Source: Antedon mediterranea (taxonomy: Eukaryota > Animalia > Echinodermata). From it: a DNA stretch of 64,000 nt. The notes under the pieces were generated by a model. It was not told the origin of the DNA. It made no database searches and saw nothing but the letters and a program-made list of their open reading frames with translations. The stretch lies in contig NC_092675.1 in assembly GCF_964355755.1 (NCBI RefSeq), forward strand, positions 9,543,812 through 9,607,811, in the 5' to 3' direction. Shown here in pieces: positions 14,801-27,250 of this stretch (position 1 is its first letter; each line of letters opens with the position of its first letter). A program made the position numbers and the translations under genes.

Positions 14801-16984
14801 TAAGTTAATTAAAATCATGATTGGATTTAACTAAGACTAACTCTCAACACGGAGGCTTGCTTGTTGTCAGTAGGCATGCGAAGCCTGTGACAATATCAAT
14901 GTTTGTTAGTTGTACAGTTTATACAGTAGTTTATTTTTTGAGTCTTCAATAAATTATGTAGGTTTACATTACTTTATAATTATCTGTAGTTAGCAGCGCC
15001 CTCTAAAGTAACGTAAACTTTCTATGAATAAATTGTAGGCAAACAAACCAAGAGAGAAAGAGACGCAAACAAATTTGCCTAGAGAAAAATCGCCATTTCA
15101 GGATTTTAGAAAAGATTTTAAACTTGATAAATAAAAACATATAAACAACATAAATTTTAAGCGCTTAAGAGGGCGTGCTATTTGATATTTAGGGCCATTT
15201 TGAAGAAAATATAATCAATACCTCCATGATAATAAATATAGGCATAGAGATAAGTGGCTGTTATGTATATTGATAATAGTAATATCGGTATGTGGTACAG
15301 TACTTTAATTACGGAAATTTATAATTAAACTATAAATAACAAGGAAAATATAAATTTTAATCTTGTGAAATTTATCTAACACTTTGGCTTTTATAAGGTG
15401 ACACACAGACCTAGATTGTCTAGTTTGAATATAATATATTTTGAAAGACATTGATACAAACGAAACAGATATTGCTTTGCATTGTCGGTATTAAACACGA
15501 TATAACATTACTAGTTCAAATAAAGACACCGCTTCAAAACCAAACCGATGCTAATCAAACAGTTGTAAAAATTAATGGTACCATTACATTTTCAGCGAGG
15601 AGAAACAGAAATCATGTCTTTCTCTATTTTTTTTTTATCCGATGAAATATTTGCCCGCGTGCAAACCATCTGTCTCCTTGTCAGAATCATGTTTTAACTG
15701 TCTTTCTCCCTTCTTTCCAAAGTCAGTCTAGTATTTATGTAACTTTAGACAATACGAGTTTCCAGTGATAGTTATTCTGGCGCCATCGTAAAAATCAACG
15801 CGCCAATAAATTTTCATAATATTACGCGTAAATGTGTGTAGATCTTTAATATTGTTGCGTCGTAATACCAATATCAGCAGCAGTTGTCGATAATAACATG
15901 TCATGTTTGTATTAGAACCTTGTCTAATACCGAAAGAAATTATTATCAATCATGCATAATAGAGACAAATAGAACTGAATTTAATATGTTTCACCTCCCT
16001 AGTTCGATTGTGTTGTTTTATAGGCCTCTAACTACATCGCTTTTTAATTATCTTTCTGTAATTATTAGTATAACAAACACACAGAGAGGACAACTTAAGT
16101 CTTTTCTTTATTTTATTTTCCTTATTCCTTCATTTATTCCAAATTTATTTTCAAGTTCGTTACAAATTAAATCAAGCATGAGGTGCCCTATGTTATATAA
16201 TTCGTTAATGTTTTATTATAATAATCATTAGGCCTATATACGGTAATGATTATGACGATTGATGGTGACGACATTGATCATCTGTGTGATTATGATAACG
16301 ATTCCATGAAATACAAACTACTCGTCAATATCGATGAGAACCACGTGACTAAAAGAACACATGATTTATTGTACTGCAACGTAGCTTTATTGATTATTGT
16401 AGTTGAGAAATATTTAGTTGTCAGTTTTATGATTAATACAAATAATGAAGTTCGTCGTATATAATTTAGTAATATTCCTGGTCTTACCCGATACAATAGC
16501 CTAATTCATACAGCTAACCAGGCTAATGATTATAATTCATATTCTAATGAAACACGCCACAACAATATGCCCTCATTTAAAAATAAAGCTGCTCTATTTA
16601 AAAATAATAATTTTGTACAGTATATCTACAAGATTGATACTGCTAATAAAAAAGACTTTCTACTATTTTATCAAAATAGCTCATCAAAACTAAAATTGCG
16701 ATTGAAATATGAAAAACTAATTATATTCTAGAACAAAGACGAACAAATGATCCAATTTCACGTCATCACTTATGTAAGCTAAATTCGGTTGAGTTATTAC
16801 GTTATCTAATCATTGTGGGTCTATTTTTATAACGTGATAAATAATTATACCAAGGCTGTGACCGTTTTATTTAATGGTGGATATTTATTGTTTTAAAGAG
16901 CTGGTTCAATAAAGATAATTTGCTGTCTTTGATCGTAAGAAGGTAATTTCAAAAACAGTAATGTATTGAGTAATCAAAATGAAT

Positions 16985-17135
16985 AAAGACCAATATACAC
17001 AGAGCGGTAACGGCGGCAAGCGGAAAACTATGTAGCTTGTTCCATGTAGAATCTATCTATCCTGAGCGGAAAGTAAATAGCATAGATTCTATATTTTTTA
17101 TTACCGTTACCGCTCTTCTGTGTAAATTGGCTTTT
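16985..17135. mobile_element. Small palindromic MITE (Tourist/Harbinger-like)
   Basis: AAGACCAATATACACAGAGCGGTAACGG ... CCGTTACCGCTCTTCTGTGTAAATTGGCTTT, with an inner AGAATCTAT/ATAGATTCT pair and TAA/TTA flanks. Confidence 0.65.
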
Positions 17136-17572
17136 ATAGTCAAAATATAAAATACATAAAAATGCAATAAATAAATTCAGATTTTAAATTCAACAGAATT
17201 TCCACTGTAGCCTACTTGGACCCAACAAAGACGTAACCACGCCGCACGTAATTTGACCAACAATAACAACGCGATGATGGACCATCCAAACTGTCTTGTG
17301 ATTGGAAAAACTCACGTGTTGCGCTATATTTTTAGTTGCGTCCAAGTGGGGACGAAACTTAACTCTGATTAACATGCTACTAAATTAGGCCTATTTGCGG
17401 TAAATCTAAATGGCCCACTAAATGTTAACATAATTTCAATTCCATGAGAGTAGATTTCTGAAATACGGTACCGTACTATACGATTCCACAATTATGAAAG
17501 CGCCACCAATCGAGACGATTGCATTCAACACAACTCATATTGGTCATCTTTCCTAACACAAGAAATATTCCT

Positions 17573-17684
17573 TAAGCTCTGTCAGTCTACACTATCAAAC
17601 TTTATGTGACAAAAAATGTGATGTGCCCATATATGAACATGATGATGTCATATCACTACCATATTTAGGCATATCACTACCATG
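17573..17684 (+). mobile_element. Truncated MITE-like repeat; related inverted copy at 31534-31627
   Basis: CACTATCAAACT..TGTGACAAAA..TGATGTGCCCATATAT..CATGA..TATCACTACCATATTT is found reverse-complemented at 31550-31627. Confidence 0.6.
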
Positions 17685-18870
17685 GTTAAGTTCATGGTTC
17701 CATGATTCACGGGGCTGACCTGCGGAAAATGACCACCCTTTTGACTCTGAAGTTGTATTGACGAGTTAGGCAGCACTTTTTTGTTTTATCATTACATTAT
17801 AAAATCGAATTTCTTATTCCAAATTTGTGTTATTTTTAATGTCTGCAATGTTATGGCTTTTAAATCTTATACTTCATTTCTTTAAAGCCGTGCCTGCGCA
17901 GTTGCGTAATTGTTTAAAACTTAAATAAAATGACTGATTATCCTTATTTAAAAAAAAAGATAGACTAGGTATATAAGACTAAACCTTCAGTTTCATAAAT
18001 GAAACAGGTCGCGTTCTTTTCCATTTAACGTCAAGTTCTTTTTCAAAAGTCAAATTAAATGAAATAAACTATAACAAGATATTAGGAAACATTCACATGG
18101 AATTAAATATATCATGAAAACACGTCAACGCGACCTAGAAATAAATGCTAGAGTTTACCAGGTTTATGATTAGAATCTGGTCAATAGAAACTACAAGTCC
18201 CTAAAGATGGATAGGCTGATTGTTAACAGTGGATTCATATTTACCTTTTTTAAATTGCGGGAATATTTTTGATCTCTGTGAACTTTGGTCTAGTTTTAAA
18301 ATATTAATTTATATCTGTTTACATTACATTCATTTAGAACTATAATACAGACCTGATACTCTTTATATAGCGTGAGACAGTGTGTCTATAAAACAATGTT
18401 CCTTAAATACCGATTGAAGATCACAGACTAAAAGGTATATAGTTATGCCTCATCCGACAGTAACAATTTATAAAATAGGACATGAATTCAAAACTATAAC
18501 AAATGTTAAAACAAACTTAATTTAGTTGCCAGCATTTTGTATGGTACCGAAGAGAAATGTCCACAACATTATTGTTGAATCTGAAATGGTTGGTTTTATC
18601 ATGAAAAAAAAAAAAATTTAAATAATGGTCATACGAAAACTGTGTTCTTTTATAAAAAGGTCTAAATGAAAATTTACTGTACAATGATGGTACAGTATCA
18701 TCATCATTTTTTCATTTTTAATACCGGATGGAAGTTTATATAAATAAGTTGGTTCCCGCAAGGAACAACAGGACATTGAGCTCGCTTTGCTTAATATAGA
18801 AACAGTCGTATGATCTTGTCTTGCTGCGACAGGCCTGAATACATTATCCTCCGCGGCGGCGAGCGGTGTA

Positions 18871-21694
18871 TAGTGGAGTCTGTTAGGGCTGAAATAAGGG
18901 TGTTTGGTTCAGTTTCTTCCAAAAGCACCAAATTTGGTATACAGGTTGCCCACCCTATACAAATTCAATTTTTGATGGGCGCCAAGCAAAATGACCCCTT
19001 GTGTCACCTAATTTGCATAATTTAAAATGGCGGACATTTTCGCTTAAACAGTCTATATCTCTAAAAATACTGGTCATAGAGAGTTGATTTTTAGCCCAAA
19101 ATGTTCAGAACATAACATTCCTATTTACTCTAATGAAGTTTTTTTTTTTAAAAATGACCGGAAGTACCAGTTTTAACCTTTGACCCATATTTTAAGGCAT
19201 TGCCATATCTCAGTAAATAGTTGTCACAGACAGTTTATTTAAGTGTCAAATTGTTCAGAATATATATGTTACTATTTAATTTAATGAAACATTTTATCCA
19301 AAAATGACCGGAAGTACTCAGTTTTGCCTTTGACCGTTACGATGTAATTACCAGTCTTGTTACGGTTAATATATTTTGATATCCATAAAACTACTTGTCA
19401 TAGAGAGTTAATGTTGGTGTCAAAATGTTCAGAACATAAACATTTCTATTTACTATAATAAAGTTTTTTCTCAAATAATGACCAGAAATACCATATTTGA
19501 CCTTTGACCTGTTTTTTCAGGCAAATTGCCATATCTCATTATTGGGTTGGAGTGGAAAGTTCATTTTGGTGTCAGATTGTTCAGAATATATATGTTTCTA
19601 TTCTGCTTAATAGACGACTTTTCAAAAAAATGTCAGGAAGTATAGTTATTGACTTGTTAAATACATAAAATTTATAAATTTGTTCAGTTAATTGTATAGT
19701 TAACTGTATATTTATGATATTATTTTGCAACCCACTTTTGAGCACTTGTCGAAGATGGCTGCTTGCATGTGCAATTGAACAAAGTATACTGAACAAAGTT
19801 GAATAGATTGTCCTATTTGTAGTAGAGTAATGTAAATGAGAAATGAGAAAATTGTATATACAAAAAATACCCAATCTCATCTAATCGAGTACTTAAATGA
19901 AGTCTTCCACATATTTAGCAATAATGTGTAGGCCTACTGATGAAATCCAGTAAAAGTTTTGTTTTGGAAAGTTAGTGTTTCCGTCACTTGTGTTTGCTGT
20001 TGCATAACAATTTCATGTTGCTACATTTCTCTTTGTTGCCATAACACGAACAACCACTGAATGGGGAAAAGACACCGAAGATTTCTGTCCTCCAGACATA
20101 AGTCATCCAAGGACCGTCCAGCTTGGTGGTTCTCAAAGATTTTCAAATTAAAAAAAAAAAGCTCAGCTCATCAATACATTATGTTACACAAGCCAAGAGT
20201 TGTTACCAACTCCAATATAACAACAATTTAACATTTACTAATCAACCAAAAATCAAGTAAAAAGGCAATAATGAAAAAGATGTTACTAAGGCGTAATGTC
20301 ATAAGTAACAAAACTGTAATACCCAAATCGTGTCCAGATGATGGCCACATTTTTAAAAATTAAAATTCGAGAATTCTGCCAAGTTTGGCGGACCAAGGAT
20401 TACTTTAGGTCTGGTGGAAAAAATATTTTTCAGTTGTGGTTCGTGATATGGCAACAGTAGTCTAGTTTTTATATTGTGCATCCCGAAAATGTCCATCCTT
20501 TTAATTAGTAGGTTATACCCCAGTTTGAAGGCCCTTTAAAGAAAGATACTCAGCAAAGAAATGCAATATAGGACAATTACCCTGAATGTAACAACCAAAC
20601 AAACACAAGTGATGGAAACACTAACTTTCCAAAACAAAATTTGAATAGATTTCATCAGTAAACATTATTGCTAAATGTGTAGAAGACTTCATTTAAGTAC
20701 TCGATTAGATGAGAATGAGATTGGGTATTTTTTGTCTATACAATTTTCTCTCATTTGCGTTACTCTAGACTCATTACAAATAGGACTATATTCAACTTCA
20801 TTCAGTATACTTCGTTCAATTGCACATGCAAGTAGCCATCTTCGACAAGTGCTCAAAAGTGGATTGCAAAATAATATAAATATACAGTTAACTTGAACAA
20901 ATTTATAATTTTATGTATGTAACAGGTCAACTGTACTTCCTGACATTTTTTGGAAAAATCTTCTATTAAACATAATAGTAACATATATATTCTGAACAAT
21001 CTGACACCAAAATGAACTTTCCACGCAACCCAATAATGAGATATAGCAATTTGCCTGAAAAAACAGGTCAAAGGTCAAATATGGTATTTCTGGTCATTAT
21101 TTTAGAAAAAACTTTATTATAGTAAATAGAAATGTTTATGTTCTGAACATTTTGACACCAACATTAACTCTCTATGACAAGTAGTTTAATGGATATCAAA
21201 ATATATTAATCATAAAAAGATTCGTAATTACACCGTAATGGTCAAAGGCAAAACTGAGTACTTCCGGTCATTTTTGGATAAAATGTTTCATTAAACTAAA
21301 TAGTAACATATATATTCTGAACAATTTGACACTAAAATAAACTGTCTGTGACAACTATTTACTGAGATATGGCAATGCCTTAAAATATGGGTCAAAGGTT
21401 AAAACTGGTACTTCCGGTCATTTTTTTCAAAAATACTTCATTAGAGTAAATAGGAATGTTTATGTTCTGAACATTTTGAGCTAAAAATCAACTCTCTATG
21501 ACCAGTAGTTTCAGAGATATAGACTGTTTAAGCGAAAGTGTCCACCATTTTAAATTATGCAAATTAGGTGACCCAAGGGGTCATTTTGCTTGGCGCCCAT
21601 CAAAAATTTAATTTGTATAGGGTGGGCGACCTGTATACCAAATTTGATGCTTTTGGAAAAAAGTGAACCAAAATATCCCTAACAGACTCCACTA
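18871..21694. mobile_element. 2.8-kb foldback (near-fully palindromic) DNA transposon
   Basis: TAGTGGAGTCTGTTAGGG ... CCCTAACAGACTCCACTA. Arms ~18871-20005 and ~20590-21694 are highly similar reverse complements, each with ~4 internal ~170-bp subrepeats (TGTTCAGAA / AAATGACCGGAAGTA / CCTTTGACC). The terminal TA is probably the TSD. No transposase ORF. Confidence 0.9.
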
Positions 21695-24600
21695 GTATGT
21701 CCATGGGCGTAGAATTGAAACCCTTTGATCTCAAGAGCTCAGCACCATGTTACTAGATTGAATTAGTTCCTCTGACTCGTCAACTGGGGCAGCACTAGAA
21801 CTTATTTCTCCATGATGAAATCGATTGAGTAAGATTCACGTCGATCATCGGTTAGTTTCGACTGCCAAATTTGATAGATATTTTCATGAATGGTGCCATC
21901 AATATACTTGCAAAAGGTTTATGAAATACAGTATAACAAAATTAGACAGTTACGAAGTGAGACCTGCTTTCACTACGATAACAAAATGTACAACGATCAA
22001 TGGTTGCCGACCCGATGATGCTTTTAGTTTATTGTCATCAAGGCATATGTAGCTTATGAAACATGACCTGCTGTATGGGGAAAAGAAAGTACTCGGTAAA
22101 AAGTGACTAGATCACTAAGTAATATCATATTAAGTTGAGTCGGATTGTAATCGGTTTATGAGATATTTTGATTTGCACAGACAGCGTTATGTTCAAACTG
22201 AGAATACAAGCGTCGCCAGACACTTGATTTACGACCGACTTCGATGTTGCACATTAAAATTCAATACCGACATTATTTTTTGCTGTCATTTCTTAACCCA
22301 TGGAGATAGGTTTAGAGAGGGCGTGGCAGGGCAGCCAGTTTCGTAGCATAAATATATAAGAAAATGTAATCCGAACCTACTGACGTCACCAACAACTTTG
22401 GGCCAATAGCAAACCGTTGGAGCGAAGAACAGGTTTTGATCGGTTAGTATGTTTACACCTATCAATGTTTACACCTTTAAAACAAAGCTCTTATATACTT
22501 GCAAGTGTCATAATCAAATGAGTAGGGGGGGGGGGGGGGGGGTTAAATGTAAAAGATGCGATACGAGGCCTAGCATTATGTTTCATGCTATGCATGTTTC
22601 ATGCTATACATTCTATCTACTTTTTCCCTTTTAATTTTCTTCCTACACATACCAAACTACAGTATTCCTACTGTGCCTCTATCCACATCACTATTTAATC
22701 AGAATTGTTACTGAATTGACTGTCTCCTGTCAAGCATGCGTGTTCTATCATGCGCATGGCTAATGAGTCACAATGCTGAAAAACCTGGTTAATTTACACT
22801 ACGCCAGGGTGGGACAAATTTATGCCAAGTATGATTTAGCAAATGATAAAAAGATAGAACCAAGATTAGGCTAGATTGGCAATGGATGTAAAGAGTTCAG
22901 ATATTTGCGGTAGAATAGTGTTAATCACCATGAAAATACCCATCGGCTTATGATCAAAGAACAGGAAGAATTTGCCTGTAAATACATCAGAAGCTATATG
23001 ATGTGATATTTCCTACTTGTGTTTCGCCTCAGGCGACATTTTGTGGCCGGTGGTTAAATTCTCACTGTAAAATTGCATTAAAATATAACGAAGCTGATAA
23101 TAAAAAGCGTTACAGATACGCACTTATCAAGACGGCAATGCCTGTGTGTTGTTAAAGTAACCATGCATACAGCTTAGAAAAAAATATGCATGCATGTATA
23201 CTGTATAGTTATGAATTATGAAAGCTGTGTAAATTGTAAACAATTATAGGTGTCAGGGCAAGGGTTCAAAGTACCGTTTGGTACTAGACCAGTGGACGTG
23301 TTGGTTGAGGCCCATTGGGCCTCTCAAATATCCTCCCTTCCCAGCCAAACAGAAATACTATCTACTTCGGGGTAGTTGTCAATTGTCATCAGTATTCCAA
23401 AATTGGTCGCCTTAGAGCCCACACGCTATGGGTATTGGAATTATATCTGGTCTTATTACACATCAAATCAAATATTAACACTCTCGCATGCAATTTGTTG
23501 AGTTTGTCGAATGAAAAAGTATTGAGTTCTAATACAGAATTAATACATTCATAATGTGCTAGCTTTATATCATAAGCTTTATGAAACAAGACAACCGAAT
23601 GGGCCTTGAGGTTATTTTTTGCAAAGATAAAACATAAACTTACTTAAGGTGGAAAGACGAGTCACTCCTGTTTACTGTCAAAACTGAACACAACGTCAAC
23701 ATGTTAACCAATAAAGTTTTCAATCCACAAACCAACTGACAAGAGATAATTGGCGGAAATTAGTGAACAAGAAAGCTTTCAAACGTTAGCTTTGACAGGT
23801 CGCTTGCCCCATTCCTTCTAATTCAATCCGTTTTCGCTTGCCAACCAAGGCCGAACACTCTGCATTTAGACCTACATGAAAATTAAACAATTTTATATTG
23901 AAATCTCTGTTTTTCACACTCGTCCCATACTATGCATGCTTTATTTATGTAAATTGTTTAAAAGAACAAAAGGAAAACAAAAAACAACTGATAGGCTATA
24001 CCTGATTAAACAATACAAACAAGAAACTATGAATGACTTGGAACTCCGACTTAGCTTTCGTACTAGAGTACTCCAGTAGTATTCGTGGGGACTGTACTGC
24101 ATACCGTGATTTGCATACGAGGTACGGTGCCTGAAAAATTCCAATGTCCAACTCCACGTGGTCAAAAAGCTTCAGAATTTAATTGCAATGAGATTTCATA
24201 GGTTCTAGTAGACTTTACCCAAGTCTGTAATTATTGTATGTTTATTATTTATTCTGATGTCCTCATTTTAGTTTGGTAAACGCAAGTTATTTATTGTGGC
24301 CGCCCATCTTCGGAAGTCAATATTAATAATTAACAGTGTCGATTACCATTACCAAAGTAATACAACCTTAAATGAGCCATATGTATTGTATCTTAATAAT
24401 TTCTTTTGACGACAATACTGACTTAGTCTCCTGGTGAATTCAATAATCCAGTAGAAATCAGCTGGCGTCACTTTGCAACGGAATTACAGGCAAATCAGAA
24501 CAAATGCAGAGTGATGGAAAACGGAAGGACTTGAAGAAACATTGCAATAGTTTGAAAGCGAGTTATTTCGTACACTGCGTTGACAGATTTCGTCATTCAT

Positions 24601-24706
24601 TGCGCACTCTAAATACCCGACGGTGAAACTCCCCTCCCTCACAATAAAGAAAGCTAACCAGCGGAGAAAAATACAGCTACCTTAGTTCTATAACTGCACG
24701 GCCCTA

Positions 24707-24853
24707 TATTGTATTCTATGGGCGGCCGTTAGGGTCAGAATAGACAATATTTTAGAAGCACGATAAAGAAAGTTACGCAGAGAAAAAAAACTATATAGCT
24801 TACCGTAACCGTATTGTATACTATGGGCGGCCGTCAATGTCAGAATAGACAAT
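24707..24853. repeat. 42-bp direct repeat, 105-bp spacing
   Basis: TATTGTATTCTATGGGCGGCCGTTAGGGTCAGAATAGACAAT versus TATTGTATACTATGGGCGGCCGTCAATGTCAGAATAGACAAT. Confidence 0.75.
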
Positions 24854-26298
24854 GTATAAACACAAACATACATAATAGTTAATGGTGAAGAGGCCAATGG
24901 TGACTAAGGCCAATGCTGCTGCAAAAGAATTCGATTGCTAAGCCTACAAAAAGAGAGTAGTACTGAGTAGGACTACTGTATGGTTTTGTTTTTAACACGT
25001 TTGAATCGAAGCAACACAAACTTTAATCAGGACACGATGAGTACCGTTATCCTTGTAGGCCTACAGTATCAATTTCAAGTTTAGTTAGACGAAATAAAAT
25101 ATATAATATTGATTTTATTTAAAATTTAAAAACCTTAATAATAATATATAAATAATATAATTTATACTAATACACAATTTAATCAGAGTCATGCCTTGGT
25201 TTCGCAAGGGTCATACGTTTATATTGTGAACTATAACAAAGTATCGACCCGAAACGCCTTGTCTAAGTGTGGTTGTGTGAGGAAATTAGCCCTGAGGAGC
25301 ATGCAAATTTCAGTGTAACCACTTTTTCTTTTAGGCCTATCTCATCTCGAGAAAAGCAAAACTGTATAATAAAATTGATTTCGGTGCTGTTACGGCCTTC
25401 AAAACCTTTTATTTCTATGTACACAGATGTCCATCAAATAGGATCTGTCAGTATAAACAGGAACAGCATATTGGCTTGTCGGTTTTACAGTGATTCGTGT
25501 CGAAGTGTGATGCTATAGTTCAAAATGTTTCTGTCATTTCTGATCAGCATTGCTAAGTACAATTGACAAGTAACGACAGTTCCAATGAACAGCCCAGTAC
25601 AGATTCTCCTTCAATGGCTTGTCAAACCGTTCTTCTTTGCCGAACATTCATCAGTATCTTATAAAAAGTTAGGCCTATGCGTCTTTAAAACAAATTATCC
25701 TTGGACGCAACGCGACTACGTGGACATGATCTGACCCTCACAAGCAGTGTTCGCATCGTCTATCGCGTCGTGATTGTCCAAGATGTGGCTACGCACTTGC
25801 ATTATTCAAGTAACAAGACGCATAAGCACCCCACCCACTTTGGATCGGGTTAGCAAAATTAGACATAGACACCACGATGGCCGTTTTCATAAACTGAAAC
25901 TTCATTTGATCTCTCATAGGCCTAATATAACTAACACAAAACGATGGTGACTGTTGTTAAAATAGAAACTTGTTCATGTCGATAACTTCTAAATTGTGCC
26001 CTCAATTTCGACATAATTACGCGAACGATATTAAGCGTCGATCGTCCGTAATAAAATTGAATACGTAAAAACACAGTAACACGTACGCGTGCTAAGTTTA
26101 TTTTAAGTCTCCGAGAGACTGTACAGTGAATAGAATAGTACAGTTAGTTACAATCTTTAAAAAAAAATATGCGTGTGCTTTACTTTCATCTATTTATTTA
26201 TGGGCACCATCAATTTGTCTCTTCGTGATCAATTATCTCTATTATCTCTATATCTATCATCATCGGCCCGTTTCATCATATTGATGAAGGACTACTAA

Positions 26299-27250
26299 GA
26301 CCGTGTTCGTACGGCGATTGAAATACACGTTTATTTGGTTTTTACCCTTGGGGTAAAACCCATACGACGTTCGTACGAATAAACAAAGTACCGGTAAGCT
26401 GACACGAAACCAATTAAGATCGGAATTCTTAGGTCAAAAAGCGCCCTCTGTGCGTCGACCCATATCAATTGACATGGCGTGTTGACAAATTCAACTGGAT
26501 ATTGCATGTCGTTTCGCGCGCGAATCGTTCAATTATTATTTTTCAATCGACAACCAGACCTATATATTTATAATACATCGAATACAATTTACTTTTTAAA
26601 TAAATAATGATCGAAAATCCTGCTAACGTATGTTGTTTGTTGACCACGTGTATTTATCGTGCGAGCCGAACTATTGTTGTGGAAATTCCATTTAATGTAC
26701 GTACACGCACTGTACCCCTCTTGTAAAAATCACCACGTGTATTCATCGTGCGAGCCGAACTATTGTTGTAAAAATTCCATTTAACACGCACTGTACCCCT
26801 CTTATCGTGCGAGCCGAACGGTTGATGTGGTAATTCACAGAAACCAGGCTACCACAATACAGAACTCCCTGCCGTTACATGTACATTATAAGCCACCGAT
26901 TCGCAAGTTCAGGTCACCGGAAAAAAACCAACGAGTTGATTATTTATATATAATTTTACAAAACAATAGATATACATTCGCATTAACGAAAAAGAACATT
27001 TTAAACAATAATTGTTAAGAAATCAGAAAGCTTATTTGAGGTCGCGATTTGACATGATCCCGTTAACGCTTGATTAATTATACCCCGAGGCAGCGTGTAA
27101 TTGGAATGGGATTGAAATAACCAGTAAAGTTGGTGGATTTTTCGTCCAGATGGTTTTCTAATTTTTTATAGCCAGAGGCGTAAGTTAATTGCCACACGCG
27201 ACCTCACAGTTGGAAGTACACGGTAGTTTCAGTCCCGTCCGAACGGGCCC
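26299..27250. mobile_element. Old TIR element (Harbinger-like termini) with internal 89-bp tandem duplication
   Basis: GACCGTGTTCGTACGGCGATTGAAATACACG versus the reverse complement of CACGGTAGTTTCAGTCCCGTCCGAACGGGCCC. The internal repeat ATCGTGCGAGCCGAAC occurs 3 times at 26643-26820. Confidence 0.55.

Noticed and set aside
25771-25781. TGATTGTCCAA, matching the 5' half of miR-219
   Set aside because: The 3' half does not match and I see no precursor hairpin.
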